Source: an uncultured Actinomycetes bacterium (GTDB lineage Bacteria; Actinomycetota; Thermoleophilia; UBA2241). From it: DNA of 64,000 nucleotides. Positions 42,272 through 52,283 of the stretch are shown one piece after another. The position numbers were made by a program, and so were the translations under genes. The DNA lies in NCBI GenBank assembly GCA_963709345.1, contig CAVPVX010000007.1, positions 576,001 to 640,000 of the forward strand, in the 5' to 3' direction. The notes beneath the pieces are model-generated. The model searched no databases, was not told the DNA's origin, and was given only the letters and a program-made list of their open reading frames with translations. Numbering within the stretch: position 1 is the stretch's first letter; every line of letters begins with the position of its first letter.

Positions 42272-43171
42272 TCACTCCGCGCCGGGGCCGCGCCGGGGCG
42301 CAGCCGGCTGCAGGTCGGTGACGTACCAGGCGCGGGTGGGCGCCAGCGCCGCCCGCGCCGCCAGCGCCGCCTCCTCGCCGGCGAAGATCCCGAAGGCCGC
42401 GGCGCCGCTCCCAGTCATCGCCGCGGCCGCGGCTCCGGCGCCGCGGAGCCGCTCGATGAGCTCGCCCACCTGCGGCTTTCGGGACACCACACTCGCCTCG
42501 AGGTCGTTGGCGACCAGCGCCGCGACGTCGGCGGCCGTCTCCGCCGAGCGAACGGCGCCCGACAGCCCTCGCACTCTGGGCACGAAATCGCGCACGGTCA
42601 CCTCGGCGTCCTCGTCGCGCCAGCGATACACGGCCGCCGTGCTCAGCCCGAGATCGGGGATCGCGACGACGAGGTGCAGCGCCGGGAGCTCCACCGGCTT
42701 GAGGACCTGGCCGCGGCCCATCGCCAGCTGCGGCCCCGGCCAGAGGAAGAACGGCACGTCGCTGCCCACCGCGACGGCGACCTCGTAGCGGACCCTGAGC
42801 GAGAGATCGAGTGCGAAGAGCTGCTCGACGGCGAGGAGGGTAGCGGCCGCATCCGAGCTGCCGCCGCCCAGCCCGGCGCCCGGCGGCACGCGCTTGTCGA
42901 TGGTCACCCGGACCTCGAAGACGCGGTCGAGGCGCGTCTCGAGCTCGCGGACGAGCTTGGCCGCAAGGTTGTCGGCGCCGGGGGCGACGTCGCAGACGAC
43001 GTCCAGCCCGGCGCCCGGCGTGCGCTCGACCGTGACGTGGTCGGCGAGTGTCACCGGCAGCATCAGCGAGGCGATCTCGTGAAAACCGTCCGGCCGCACC
43101 GGCCCCACGAGCAACGCCAGGTTGAGCTTGGCCGGAGCGGCGATCTCGACGTGAGAGGGCCGCTCGGTCAC
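42272..43171 (-). CDS. ispE: 4-diphosphocytidyl-2-C-methyl-D-erythritol kinase
   Basis: APAKLNL, GAGLGGGSSDAA, GSDVPFF and MTGSG. Confidence 0.95.
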   Translation of the reverse strand: MTERPSHVEIAAPAKLNLALLVGPVRPDGFHEIASLMLPVTLADHVTVERTPGAGLDVVCDVAPGADNLAAKLVRELETRLDRVFEVRVTIDKRVPPGAGLGGGSSDAAATLLAVEQLFALDLSLRVRYEVAVAVGSDVPFFLWPGPQLAMGRGQVLKPVELPALHLVVAIPDLGLSTAAVYRWRDEDAEVTVRDFVPRVRGLSGAVRSAETAADVAALVANDLEASVVSRKPQVGELIERLRGAGAAAAAMTGSGAAAFGIFAGEEAALAARAALAPTRAWYVTDLQPAAPRRGPGAE

Positions 43172-43238
43172 GACCCAAGACCTCGAAGCGCGCGGCGGCC
43201 GGCCGGCAGGGCCGCGCCCTGATGGGCTTCAGCCGTCG

Positions 43239-44162
43239 TCATGTGCCCGTCCCCGGCCAGCGGAGCTCCCGGGCGAAGACGAGCCACTGCGGCGGCGTGA
43301 GCTCTTCTGGGCGCGCCGCCTCCGAAAGCCCGAGCTCAACCAGCGCGCGGCGCACGTCGTCGCGAGTGAGGGTGACGCCGGCTCGCGCCGCACCGCCGAG
43401 CGAGTTGCCCAGCGTCTTGCGGCGCTGTCCGAAGCCGAGCCGCACGAGCTGCGCGACCGCGACGTACTCCGAGAGGGCCGGGGGGGCTTCGCCGGCCGGA
43501 TCTCCCGCCACGTCGCCCACCGGCGCGACACGCCGCACGAACGTGACGAAGCTCGACTCGACGCGGGGCTTGGGCCGGAAGGCGGTGGCGGGCACCGGCC
43601 TGACCTTCTCGAGCCGGCAGGCGAGCTGCGTGAGTACCGAAACGGCGGCATAGGCTTTGGTCGACGGCCGCGCGAACAGCCGCTCCCCAAGCTCGCGCTG
43701 CACCATGACCGCCCAGCGCCGCACCGACGGCAGGTCGAAGAGACTGGTCATGACGAGCGGGATGGCGATGTTGTAGGCGAGGTTGGCGACCAGCGCAGTC
43801 GGCGGCGGATCGAGCCCGGCGAGGTCCGCCTTGAGCGCGTCGCCGGCGTGCAGCCGCAGCCGCGGGTCGGCGGCGGAGAGCGCCTCGAGCCGCGGCAGCC
43901 AGCGGCGGTCGATCTCGAAGGCGTGCACAAGCCGGGCCCGCTCGAGCAGCGGCCGGGTGAGCATGCCGCCGGCCGCGCCCACCTCGAGGACGACGTCCTC
44001 GGGGCCGACCGCGGCCTGGTCGACGATGGCGCGCAGGACGTTGGCGTCGACCAGGTGGTTCTGGCCGTACCGCTTCATGGCGTGCGGCCGCGGGGGGCGA
44101 CTACGGTCGCCCGCGGCCGGGCCTCCGCCCGGCGCCGCGTGCCTGCGGCCGAAGTCGCTCAT
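43239..44162 (-). CDS. rsmA: 16S rRNA adenine dimethyltransferase
   Basis: GQNHL, LEVG, VANLAYNI, MVQRE and QRRKTL. Confidence 0.92.
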   Translation of the reverse strand: MSDFGRRHAAPGGGPAAGDRSRPPRPHAMKRYGQNHLVDANVLRAIVDQAAVGPEDVVLEVGAAGGMLTRPLLERARLVHAFEIDRRWLPRLEALSAADPRLRLHAGDALKADLAGLDPPPTALVANLAYNIAIPLVMTSLFDLPSVRRWAVMVQRELGERLFARPSTKAYAAVSVLTQLACRLEKVRPVPATAFRPKPRVESSFVTFVRRVAPVGDVAGDPAGEAPPALSEYVAVAQLVRLGFGQRRKTLGNSLGGAARAGVTLTRDDVRRALVELGLSEAARPEELTPPQWLVFARELRWPGTGT

Positions 44163-44186
44163 ACCGGCTCGCCGCCGGCGTTCACG

Positions 44187-44951
44187 TCAACCCGCCGCCT
44201 CGAGCCCGAAGACCCGGCGCGCGTTGGCGGTCGTCAGCGCGGCCAGCTCGTCGTGGCCGGCGTGGCGCACCTCGGCGAGCAGCACGGCCGTGTGCGCCAC
44301 CCAGGCGGGCACATTGCTGTTGCCGCGGTGGGGCACAGGCGTGAGGAACGGAGCGTCGGTCTCGACCAGCAGCCGGTCGTCACGCACGCGGGCGGCCGCA
44401 GCGCGGAGGTCGCCGGCGTTCTTGTAGGTCACGTTGCCGGCGAAACTGCAGTAGTACCCGCGCTCGTTGCACTCGTCGACGTGCCGCGGCAGGGAGAAGC
44501 AGTGCATGACGACGGTCAAGCCGGAGGCCTCGTCGGCCAGCTGCGCCATGGCCTCGTCGCCGGCCTCCCGCACGTGGACGACGAGCGGCAGGTCCACGCG
44601 GCGGGCCAGTTCGATCTGGGCGCTGAAGGCGCGTCGTTGCGCGTCGCGCGGCGACAGGTCGCGGTAGAAGTCGAGACCGCACTCACCGACGGCGACGACG
44701 CGGGGCCTGCGCGCGAGTCTCTCCAGTTCGGCGAGCAGCGCGTCGTCGAGCAGGTGGGCCTCGTGCGGGTGCAGCCCGGCGGTCGCGTACACGTCGCCGT
44801 GCGCGGCGGCGAGAGCCGCCGCCGTGCGGGAACTGGCCGCGTCGATACCGATGGTGACGACGGCGGCCAGGCCGGCGGCCCGCGCTTCTTCGAGCGCCCC
44901 CTCGGGGTCGCCGAGCATCTCCAGGTGGCAGTGGGAGTCGACGAGCATCAT
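44187..44951 (-). CDS. tatD: TatD family deoxyribonuclease
   Basis: DSHCHL, GLHPH, GECGLD, HCF and ETDAPFL. Confidence 0.93.
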   Translation of the reverse strand: MMLVDSHCHLEMLGDPEGALEEARAAGLAAVVTIGIDAASSRTAAALAAAHGDVYATAGLHPHEAHLLDDALLAELERLARRPRVVAVGECGLDFYRDLSPRDAQRRAFSAQIELARRVDLPLVVHVREAGDEAMAQLADEASGLTVVMHCFSLPRHVDECNERGYYCSFAGNVTYKNAGDLRAAAARVRDDRLLVETDAPFLTPVPHRGNSNVPAWVAHTAVLLAEVRHAGHDELAALTTANARRVFGLEAAG

Positions 44952-44997
44952 ACGAGGTCCGGGCGGCGCGGCGGGCGGCGAAGGCACCGCAGCCGCC

Positions 44998-46527
44998 TCA
45001 GCCGGCGCCCTCGAGCCGCGGGAAGAGCGACGGGCCGGCAACGACCGTCGCGGGCTTGAGCGCCGCCCAGGTGGCATCCGCGAGCGCCGGGTCGGCGCCG
45101 GCCGGCGGCTGCCCCAGACGCCTGAGGATCTCGACCGCCGTGACGGGGATCACGGGGTACACGGCGAAAGCGACCAGGCGCAGGCCGGCGGCAAGGCCGT
45201 TGAGCGCGGCGTCCAGGCGCGCCGCCTGTGCCTCGTCCTTGGCGAGCTTCCACGGCGCCTCTTCCTCGACGAACCGGTTGAGGCGCCGCACGTACTCCCA
45301 TACGACGTCGAGCGCCGCCGTGACGGCGGTGGCCTCGTAGTGCGCGCAGGCGGCGGCCACCATGGCTTCGCCCTCGCGAGCCACGGCAGTCAAAGCCTCA
45401 CCCTCAGGTCCAACCTTAGGGATGACGCCGGCACGGTACTTCCCGATCATGCTGACGCTCCGGCTGACGAGGTTGCCGAGCTCGTTGGCCAGCTCGTTGT
45501 TGTAGCGGGCGCGCAGGCCCTCGAGGCTGACGTCGCCGTCCTGTCCCAGAGTCACTTCGCGCATGAGGTAGTACCTGAGCGGCTCGGCGCCGAGCTCCTC
45601 GATCACGGCGAACGGGTCGAGCACGTTGCCGCGCGTCTTGCTCATCTTCTCGCCGCCGACGAGCAGGTAGCCGTGGATGAGCTCGCCCGCGGGTAGCTCG
45701 TAGCCGGCGCTCATGAGAAGGGCCGGCCAGATCACCGCGTGGAACTTGAGGATGTCCTTGGCCAGGAAGTGGATCGCCGGCCAGTAGCGCGCCGTGAGGT
45801 CCTCACCGGGGCGCGCGTACGTGAGCGCCGAGAGGTAGTTGATGAGCGCGTCGACCCAGACGTAGATGACCTGCTCGTCGTCCCACGGCACCGGCACGCC
45901 CCACGTGATGCTGGAGCGGCTGATGCTGATGTCCTCAAGGCCCTGCTCGATGAAGGAGAGGGCCTCGTTGTAGCGCGACCTGGGCTTGACGAAGCCCGGG
46001 TTCGCGCGGAAGAAGTCGGCCAGGCGGTCCTGGTACTTGCTGAGCAGGAAGTAGTAGTTCTCCTCCTCGAGCCAGACCGGCTTGCTGCCGTGGTCCGGGC
46101 AGAGGCCCTCCGGCGTCAGGTCGCGCTCGTACCAGAAGCCCTCACAGGCGGTGCAGTACAGACCGCCGTACGTGCGCTTCTCGATGTCGCCGGCGGCCTT
46201 GAGCTTTTCGACAAAGCCCTGCACGAACGCCTCGTGCTCCGGGTCGGTGGTGCGGATGAAGAAGTCGTTGGAGGCGCCGACGGCCGCGGCGAGCGCGCGG
46301 TACCTCGGCGCCAGTTCGTCCACGTGCTGCTGCGGCGTGAGGCCGCGCTCCTCGGCCGCCTGGGCGACCTTGGTGCCATGCTCGTCGGTGCCGGTGAGGA
46401 AGAAGACGTCCTCGCCCTTCTGGCGGTGGTACCGCGCCAGCACGTCGGCGGCGATCGTCGTGTAGGCGTGGCCGTGATGCGGCTCGCCGTTGACGTAGTA
46501 GATGGGCGTGGTGATGTAGGTGCTCAT
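44998..46527 (-). CDS. metG: Methionine--tRNA ligase (short form)
   Basis: YITTPIYY, HHGH (HIGH), GTDEHG, YVWVDAL and KMSKT. Confidence 0.97.
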   Translation of the reverse strand: MSTYITTPIYYVNGEPHHGHAYTTIAADVLARYHRQKGEDVFFLTGTDEHGTKVAQAAEERGLTPQQHVDELAPRYRALAAAVGASNDFFIRTTDPEHEAFVQGFVEKLKAAGDIEKRTYGGLYCTACEGFWYERDLTPEGLCPDHGSKPVWLEEENYYFLLSKYQDRLADFFRANPGFVKPRSRYNEALSFIEQGLEDISISRSSITWGVPVPWDDEQVIYVWVDALINYLSALTYARPGEDLTARYWPAIHFLAKDILKFHAVIWPALLMSAGYELPAGELIHGYLLVGGEKMSKTRGNVLDPFAVIEELGAEPLRYYLMREVTLGQDGDVSLEGLRARYNNELANELGNLVSRSVSMIGKYRAGVIPKVGPEGEALTAVAREGEAMVAAACAHYEATAVTAALDVVWEYVRRLNRFVEEEAPWKLAKDEAQAARLDAALNGLAAGLRLVAFAVYPVIPVTAVEILRRLGQPPAGADPALADATWAALKPATVVAGPSLFPRLEGAG

Positions 46528-46575
46528 GGAGGCTAGTCTATCGCAGGCTCCGGGCGAACGGAGCCTGCGGCCGGT

Positions 46576-47151
46576 TCAGGCGCGGCGCCCGGCCGCCTTC
46601 GCCGCCGCGCCGTACGTCCCGATGCGCTCGCCCAGCGACCAGTACTCGCCCTCGACGTACGCGATCGGCTCGAGGGCGCCGGTCTTGACGCGGCCCTTGG
46701 CGTCGAGCACCTCCTCGTCGTACTGCACCGCCACGATCTCCGCCAGGTACAGATCGTGTGCGCCGAGGTCGAGCTGGTGACGCACGACGCACTCGATGTT
46801 GATCGGGCACTCCTCGATGAGCGGCGCGGCGACCTGCTTCGCCGGCCGCGCCGTGAGACCGAGCTCGGCGAACTTGTCGTGCTCGGCGCCGGACCAGACG
46901 CCGGCGAGGTCGACCTGCTCCAGCTGCCCGGCGCGCGGGATGTTGACGACGAACTCGCGCGCCGCGTCGACCAGACGATGTGAGTGGCGCGACGGTCGGA
47001 TGGCGACGCTCAGCATCGGCGGCTCCGAGCAGACGGTGCCCGCCCAGGCCAGCGTGATGATGTTGTCCTTCTCCTTGCCGTGCCCGGCGACGCTGAGCAG
47101 CACCACCGGTGCCGGCAGCAGCGCCGTCGACGGCTTGCGTTCGATCTTCAC
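46576..47151 (-). CDS. Flavin reductase-like (flavoredoxin) protein
   Basis: P.PVVL, NIITLAW, EFVVNIP, APLIEECPINIEC and HDLY. Confidence 0.85.
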   Translation of the reverse strand: MKIERKPSTALLPAPVVLLSVAGHGKEKDNIITLAWAGTVCSEPPMLSVAIRPSRHSHRLVDAAREFVVNIPRAGQLEQVDLAGVWSGAEHDKFAELGLTARPAKQVAAPLIEECPINIECVVRHQLDLGAHDLYLAEIVAVQYDEEVLDAKGRVKTGALEPIAYVEGEYWSLGERIGTYGAAAKAAGRRA

Positions 47152-47270
47152 TGAAAGCCTCCTCCGCCGTGCGGTGTGGACGCTCGCTATCGTATCGCAG
47201 GATGAAAATCGCAGAATCACTGGCGTATCGGTGACGGCATTCGTACAATGGCCCGGTCGAAAGGAGCGTC

Positions 47271-47744
47271 ATGCGCAGGCAATCGCTGGACAAGACCGAC
47301 ATCGCCATAATCGGCCACCTGCAGGTCGACGGTCGCCGGGCCTTCACCACCATCGCCAAGGACCTCGGCATCTCCGAGGCGAGCGTGCGCCAGCGGGTCG
47401 CCCGGCTTCTGCGCACCAACGCGATGCAGATCGTCGCCGTCAGCAGCCCTCTCGACCTCGGGCTCATGTGGGCGCAGGTGCACCTGCGCGTCGCGGGCGA
47501 CCGCATCGAGGCCGTGGCCGAAGCGGTCGCCGAACTCCCGCAGGTCGACTACGTGAGCGTCTGCGCCGGCGACGTCGACGTCATCGTCGGCGTCGTCGCC
47601 CGCGACCGGGACGAACTGCACGACGTGCTCGTGAACCACATCCGCACCATCCCCGGCATCGAGCAGGCCGACTTCCTGCTGCACCTCAAGATCCTCAAGG
47701 ACAACTACGAGTGGTCGCCGGGCGAGGCTCCGGCGACAGCCTAG
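47271..47744 (+). CDS. Lrp/AsnC family transcriptional regulator
   Basis: LDKTD..I..LQ.DGR, HTH SEASVRQRV and a C-terminal RAM domain. Confidence 0.9.
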   Translation: MRRQSLDKTDIAIIGHLQVDGRRAFTTIAKDLGISEASVRQRVARLLRTNAMQIVAVSSPLDLGLMWAQVHLRVAGDRIEAVAEAVAELPQVDYVSVCAGDVDVIVGVVARDRDELHDVLVNHIRTIPGIEQADFLLHLKILKDNYEWSPGEAPATA

Positions 47745-47757
47745 GGAGGCGAGAGCC

Positions 47758-49143
47758 ATGGGCGACCAGACACGCCCGAACGTGCACACTCCACCGCCGG
47801 GACCGAGGAGCCAGGCGCTGATGAAGCGCGGCGACGAGATCCTGCTCGGCGTGTCGCTCATCGGCGGCTGGCCGCCGAGCCACTTCGTCAGCAGGTACCG
47901 CGACGGCTGGTTCGTCGAGGACGTCGACGGCAACCGCTACATCGACTGGATCAACGGCTGGGCCAGCGCGCCGCTCGGGGGCAACCACCCCGAGTTGGTC
48001 GAGGCCGCCTGCCAGGGCCTCAAGGACTACGGCACCGAGTGCCTCTCGGCCCTGCGCGTGGAGCACCAGTGGCTGCTCGCCGAGAAGCTCCACGAGCTCG
48101 CCCCGGCGCCGCTCACCAAAGTCGTGTACGACACCACCGGCAGCGAAGTGGTGGAGAACGCCGTGCGCATCATGCGTGAGGCCGCCGGCCCTGCTCGCCC
48201 CTTCGTCATCACCTTCCTGGGCAGCTTCCACGGCGGCAACTACGGCACCGGCGCCATGGGCCCGCACAACGCCCACTACAATCACGCCATCGAGCCGTTC
48301 ATGAGCGGCTGGATCAACGTGCCCTTCCCCACCTGCTACCGCTGCCCGTACCACCTCGAGCACCCGGCCTGCAAACTCGCCTGCCTCGACTACATCGAGG
48401 AGATGATCCTCAAGTACAAGGCGACGCCCGACAGCATCGCGGGCGTCAACGTCGAGTTCATCCAGGGCGAGAACGGCGTGCAGATCCCGCCGCCCGAGTG
48501 GCCCAAGGCGCTCTCCGACCTGTGCAGGAAGTACGGCTGGATCCTCTACAACGACGAGGTCCAGGAGGGCGTCGGCCGTACCGGCAAGTGGTTCGCGATC
48601 GAGCACTGGCCCGGCGTCGAGGCCGAGCTGCTCAGCCTGGGCAAGGGCATCAGCGGCGGGCTCATGCCGCTCGCCTGCACGCTCGGCAGCGACCGCATGA
48701 GCGAGCCGGCCGGCGAGTTGTACACAGGCGGGACGTTCGCCGGCAATCCCGCCGCCTGCCTCATGGCGACCAAGCTGCTCGAGATCATCGAGCGCGACAA
48801 GGTGCTCGACAACGTCGCCGAACTCGAGAAGGTCGCCAAGGCCAAGTTCGGCGCGATGAGGGAGAAGTACGAGATCGTCGGCGACGTGCGCGTGATCGGC
48901 GCCTACATGTGCGTCGAGTTCGTCGAGGACAAGGACACGAAGGAGCCGGCGCACGACCTCACCCGCGAGATCGTCTACGCCATGGAGCGCAAGGGCGTGG
49001 TGCCGATCTACGAGCCGGCGTTCAACTACTTCCGTCCGACGCCGGCGCTCAACCAGCCGCCCGAGCTGTTCGCGCTCGGCTGCGACATCGTGGAAGAATG
49101 CGTGGCGGAAGTGAGCAAAGCGCACGCCAAGGGCGTGGCGTAA
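47758..49143 (+). CDS. Class III PLP-dependent aminotransferase (GabT/putrescine aminotransferase-like)
   Basis: DVDGNRYID, TGSE, SFHG, DEVQEGVGRTG, GKG (PLP Lys) and GGTFAGNP. Confidence 0.9.
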   Translation: MGDQTRPNVHTPPPGPRSQALMKRGDEILLGVSLIGGWPPSHFVSRYRDGWFVEDVDGNRYIDWINGWASAPLGGNHPELVEAACQGLKDYGTECLSALRVEHQWLLAEKLHELAPAPLTKVVYDTTGSEVVENAVRIMREAAGPARPFVITFLGSFHGGNYGTGAMGPHNAHYNHAIEPFMSGWINVPFPTCYRCPYHLEHPACKLACLDYIEEMILKYKATPDSIAGVNVEFIQGENGVQIPPPEWPKALSDLCRKYGWILYNDEVQEGVGRTGKWFAIEHWPGVEAELLSLGKGISGGLMPLACTLGSDRMSEPAGELYTGGTFAGNPAACLMATKLLEIIERDKVLDNVAELEKVAKAKFGAMREKYEIVGDVRVIGAYMCVEFVEDKDTKEPAHDLTREIVYAMERKGVVPIYEPAFNYFRPTPALNQPPELFALGCDIVEECVAEVSKAHAKGVA

Positions 49144-49162
49144 CGCCGGAGGAGAGGAACCG

Positions 49163-50122
49163 ATGACCAGCGAGGAGATGCCGTTCAGCGGCATTGCAAC
49201 CTTCTTCAAGGCCACGCATGTGGCGGCGCCTTCGACGGCTGAGGCCGATGTCGCCGTCATCGGCATCCCCTGGGACCTTGGTACGACCTATCGATCGGGC
49301 GCGCGCATGGGCCCGCGCGCCCTGCGCGAGGCCTCCTCGCTCTGGGGCTTCCAGCGCGACCGGGAGCCTCTTCTGGACGGTGACGCCGGCGTGGAACTGC
49401 TCGGCGGCGTTCGCTGGGCCGACTGCGGCGACGTCGTGATCGGTCCCATGTGGTCGCCGGAGCGCTTCCACAACGCAGTCGTCGAGCGGCTCCTGCCCAT
49501 CATGCGGGAGGGGCTCTTCCCCGTCATACTCGGTGGTGACCACTCGATCACGTACCCTGCGCTCAAGGCAGTGTCGCAGTCTCGTGACGGCGCTCCCTTC
49601 CAGCTCGTCCAGTTCGACACTCATATGGACTATTGGGAAGAGGAGGGTGGCCATCGATTCTCGCACGCGAGTCCGATCATCCGCTCGCACGAGGCCGGCT
49701 GGCTCGCCGGGCTGACGCAGTACGGCATCCGCAACCTCCACACGACCGACGACAACATCGCCTTGGCCAGAAGCCGCGGAGCGCACATCTTCTGGTGCGA
49801 ACAGGCGAAGGACATGCGCGTCGACGAGCTCGTCGAGCATCTCCCCGTGGGCGGCGACGTCTACATCACGTTCGACATCGACGCCCTCGATCCATCGATC
49901 GCGCCGGCCACCGGAACGCCCGAGCCTGGCGGCTTCAGCTACTACGAAGCCAAGGCGATCCTGCTCGCCGTCTGCGCGCGCTGCAACGTGATCGGCCTGG
50001 ACCTCGTCGAGGTGGCGCCGATGTACGACGGTCCCGGCCAGGTCACGTCGCTGCACGGCGCCCGGCTGATCCTCGACACGGTGGGCGCCGTCTTTCGCCG
50101 ACGCGCCGAGCTGCGCCGGTAG
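49163..50122 (+). CDS. speB: Agmatinase / ureohydrolase family enzyme
   Basis: GARMGPRALR, GGDHS, DTHMD, DIDALDP.APATGTPEPGG and DLVEVAP. Confidence 0.8.
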   Translation: MTSEEMPFSGIATFFKATHVAAPSTAEADVAVIGIPWDLGTTYRSGARMGPRALREASSLWGFQRDREPLLDGDAGVELLGGVRWADCGDVVIGPMWSPERFHNAVVERLLPIMREGLFPVILGGDHSITYPALKAVSQSRDGAPFQLVQFDTHMDYWEEEGGHRFSHASPIIRSHEAGWLAGLTQYGIRNLHTTDDNIALARSRGAHIFWCEQAKDMRVDELVEHLPVGGDVYITFDIDALDPSIAPATGTPEPGGFSYYEAKAILLAVCARCNVIGLDLVEVAPMYDGPGQVTSLHGARLILDTVGAVFRRRAELRR

Positions 50123-50361
50123 GGAACTCCTCGTCGGCCGCGCCGCCGGCCCCGGCAGCGCCGATCGTCGTGCGACGCAAGAGGGTCAAGCTGGCGCAAC
50201 GGCAGCCGGCGACGCTTTCGGGCAGCGACCAGGGCAAGATCAGCCGTCTGGCGCGCCGGCTCGAATCCAACGCTCCAGACGATCGGCACTCTCGCCCATG
50301 CGCTGGGCATCGAGGTGTACCTGAGGCCGTGTGGGATCGCGCGGCGAGCAGCTGAGCCGGA

Positions 50362-51816
50362 TCAGTCCGGCAGCAGCACGCTGAACGTCGAGCCCTCGCC
50401 TTCCACGCTGCGTACCTCGAAGCGGCCGCCGACGCGCTCGACGAGGCGCTTGACGATCGAGAGTCCGAGACCATTGCCCTCGAGCTCCCGCGTCTCGGCG
50501 CGCTTCTCGCGAAAGAACTCCTCGAAGAGGCGCGCCAGGTTGTCCGGCTTGATGCCGATGCCGGTGTCGACGACATCGAGACGCAGCCAGCCGTCGTCGA
50601 CGGCGCCGCGGATCGTCACAGCCCCGTCGTCACGATTGTACTTGACGGCGTTGCCGACGAGGTTGCTGAGGAGGAGCTGCAGATCGTCGGCCCGGATCAG
50701 TGCCGGGGGCAGGTCGGCGGCCAGTTCGGTCGTGACCGTCACGCCTCTCTGGGCGCCGCGCTCGCGAGCGAGCTCCACGACCTCCTCCAGGACGGGAGCG
50801 ACCGGGACGAGTTCGGGCTCCTCGCCCTCCGGGGCCTGCTCGCTTCGCGCCAGGGTGAGCAGGTCGCGGATGAGCTCGACCAGATTGTCGATGCGGTGAT
50901 CGGCGCGCGCGACCATCGGGAGGTAGGGATCGAGGTCCTCGCCCAGGCTCTTGTCGGTCACGACCTCGAGCAATCCCTTGATCGATCCGAGTGGGCTCTT
51001 GAGCTCGTGCACCATGGTGCGGATGAAGCGCTGCTTCTCCATCGCGAGGCGCCGGACTTCGCTGATGTCGCTGAGCGTCACGATGCGGCCGCGCGCCGCG
51101 CCGTTTTCGTCGCGGAAGGTGACGATGCTCGCCATCCACGCCTGCTCGCCGATCTCGAGCTGGCGCACGGTGCGGTCTTTCGCCGGCGCCTCAAGGTGCT
51201 CGCAGAGCGGCGCCAGGGCGCCGCCGCCAAGCAGTTCCCGCGCCGGCCGCATGAGCACCTCGTCGTCGCTCGACTCGAGCAGCTCCAGCATCGGCGGGTT
51301 GGCGAGCACGACGTCGCCGTCGCGGTTGACCACGAGCACCGCGTCGCGCAGCGAACTCACCAGGGAGTGCGTCTGCGTCTTCTCCTCGGCCAGAGCGAGC
51401 AGGCTGGCCTCGTGCTCGACGCGCAGGCGCTCCGCGTCGGCGCGCGCCTGCTTGTGCCGCAGCAACGTCGCCACGACTCCGAGAAGGTCGTCTGGGTTGA
51501 ACGGCTTGGGCAGGAAGAAGTCCACACCCTGCCGCGTCGCCGCGATCGCCGTGTCGATGTTCGCGTACGCGGTGATCATGCAGATCATGGCGTCGCAGCC
51601 GCGCTGCTTCATCGTCTGCAGCAGGCTGAGGCCGTCGGTGTCCGGCAGACGGTAGTCGAGCAGCGCGACATCGTAGTCGCGTTCCTCCAGACGCGCAAGC
51701 GCGCCGGCGCCGTCTTCGGCCTCGCCGACCTCGTACCCCTCCATCTCGAGGATGACGCGGATGCCGCTGCGCACGCCGTACTCATCGTCGACGATGAGGA
51801 TGCTGCCTTCGGGCAT
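50362..51816 (-). CDS. Hybrid sensor kinase REC-coiled coil-PAS-HisKA-HATPase
   Basis: ILIVDDE, LLDYRLP and PKPF, then HELKSPL, NLVGNAVKY, DTGIGI and GNGLGL. Confidence 0.9.
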   Translation of the reverse strand: MPEGSILIVDDEYGVRSGIRVILEMEGYEVGEAEDGAGALARLEERDYDVALLDYRLPDTDGLSLLQTMKQRGCDAMICMITAYANIDTAIAATRQGVDFFLPKPFNPDDLLGVVATLLRHKQARADAERLRVEHEASLLALAEEKTQTHSLVSSLRDAVLVVNRDGDVVLANPPMLELLESSDDEVLMRPARELLGGGALAPLCEHLEAPAKDRTVRQLEIGEQAWMASIVTFRDENGAARGRIVTLSDISEVRRLAMEKQRFIRTMVHELKSPLGSIKGLLEVVTDKSLGEDLDPYLPMVARADHRIDNLVELIRDLLTLARSEQAPEGEEPELVPVAPVLEEVVELARERGAQRGVTVTTELAADLPPALIRADDLQLLLSNLVGNAVKYNRDDGAVTIRGAVDDGWLRLDVVDTGIGIKPDNLARLFEEFFREKRAETRELEGNGLGLSIVKRLVERVGGRFEVRSVEGEGSTFSVLLPD

Positions 51817-51845
51817 CGTGATCCCTTCTCTCGTCGTCCCGGCCC

Positions 51846-52280
51846 TCAGGCCTTGGCGGGGTCGCTGGTCGGGTCAGCCTCGCCGAGGACCGCCAGCTCT
51901 TCGATGATCGTGAGCACCTGCTTGCCGGTCACCGGCTTGTCCAGAAAACGTGTGAGGCCCGACCACTCGCGCAGGCCGGCCGCCTCACCGTCGAATCGTG
52001 TCCCCGTCTCGGCCGCCACCCCGCTGAGCATGACTCGCGGGATATGGCGGAGCCGCGCGTCCTTGCCGATCTGGTAGCCCAGCCGGAAGCCATCGTCCAC
52101 CTTCTCCATCATGAGGTCGAGGAAGATGATGCTCGGGGTCTCGTCCTCGAGCAGCGCGAGCGCAGCCTCCGGCGACTCCGCCGTGAGGACCCGATAGCCT
52201 CGGGCCTCGAGGTAGACCTTCTTGCCGTTCAGGAAGTCCCGGTCGTCGTCGACGAAGAGGACGGTCATGGCTTCAGTCAT
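51846..52280 (-). CDS. Single-domain response regulator
   Basis: VDDD, FLDLMM, LSG and DKPV. No output domain. Confidence 0.88.
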   Translation of the reverse strand: MTEAMTVLFVDDDRDFLNGKKVYLEARGYRVLTAESPEAALALLEDETPSIIFLDLMMEKVDDGFRLGYQIGKDARLRHIPRVMLSGVAAETGTRFDGEAAGLREWSGLTRFLDKPVTGKQVLTIIEELAVLGEADPTSDPAKA

Positions 52281-52283
52281 GGC

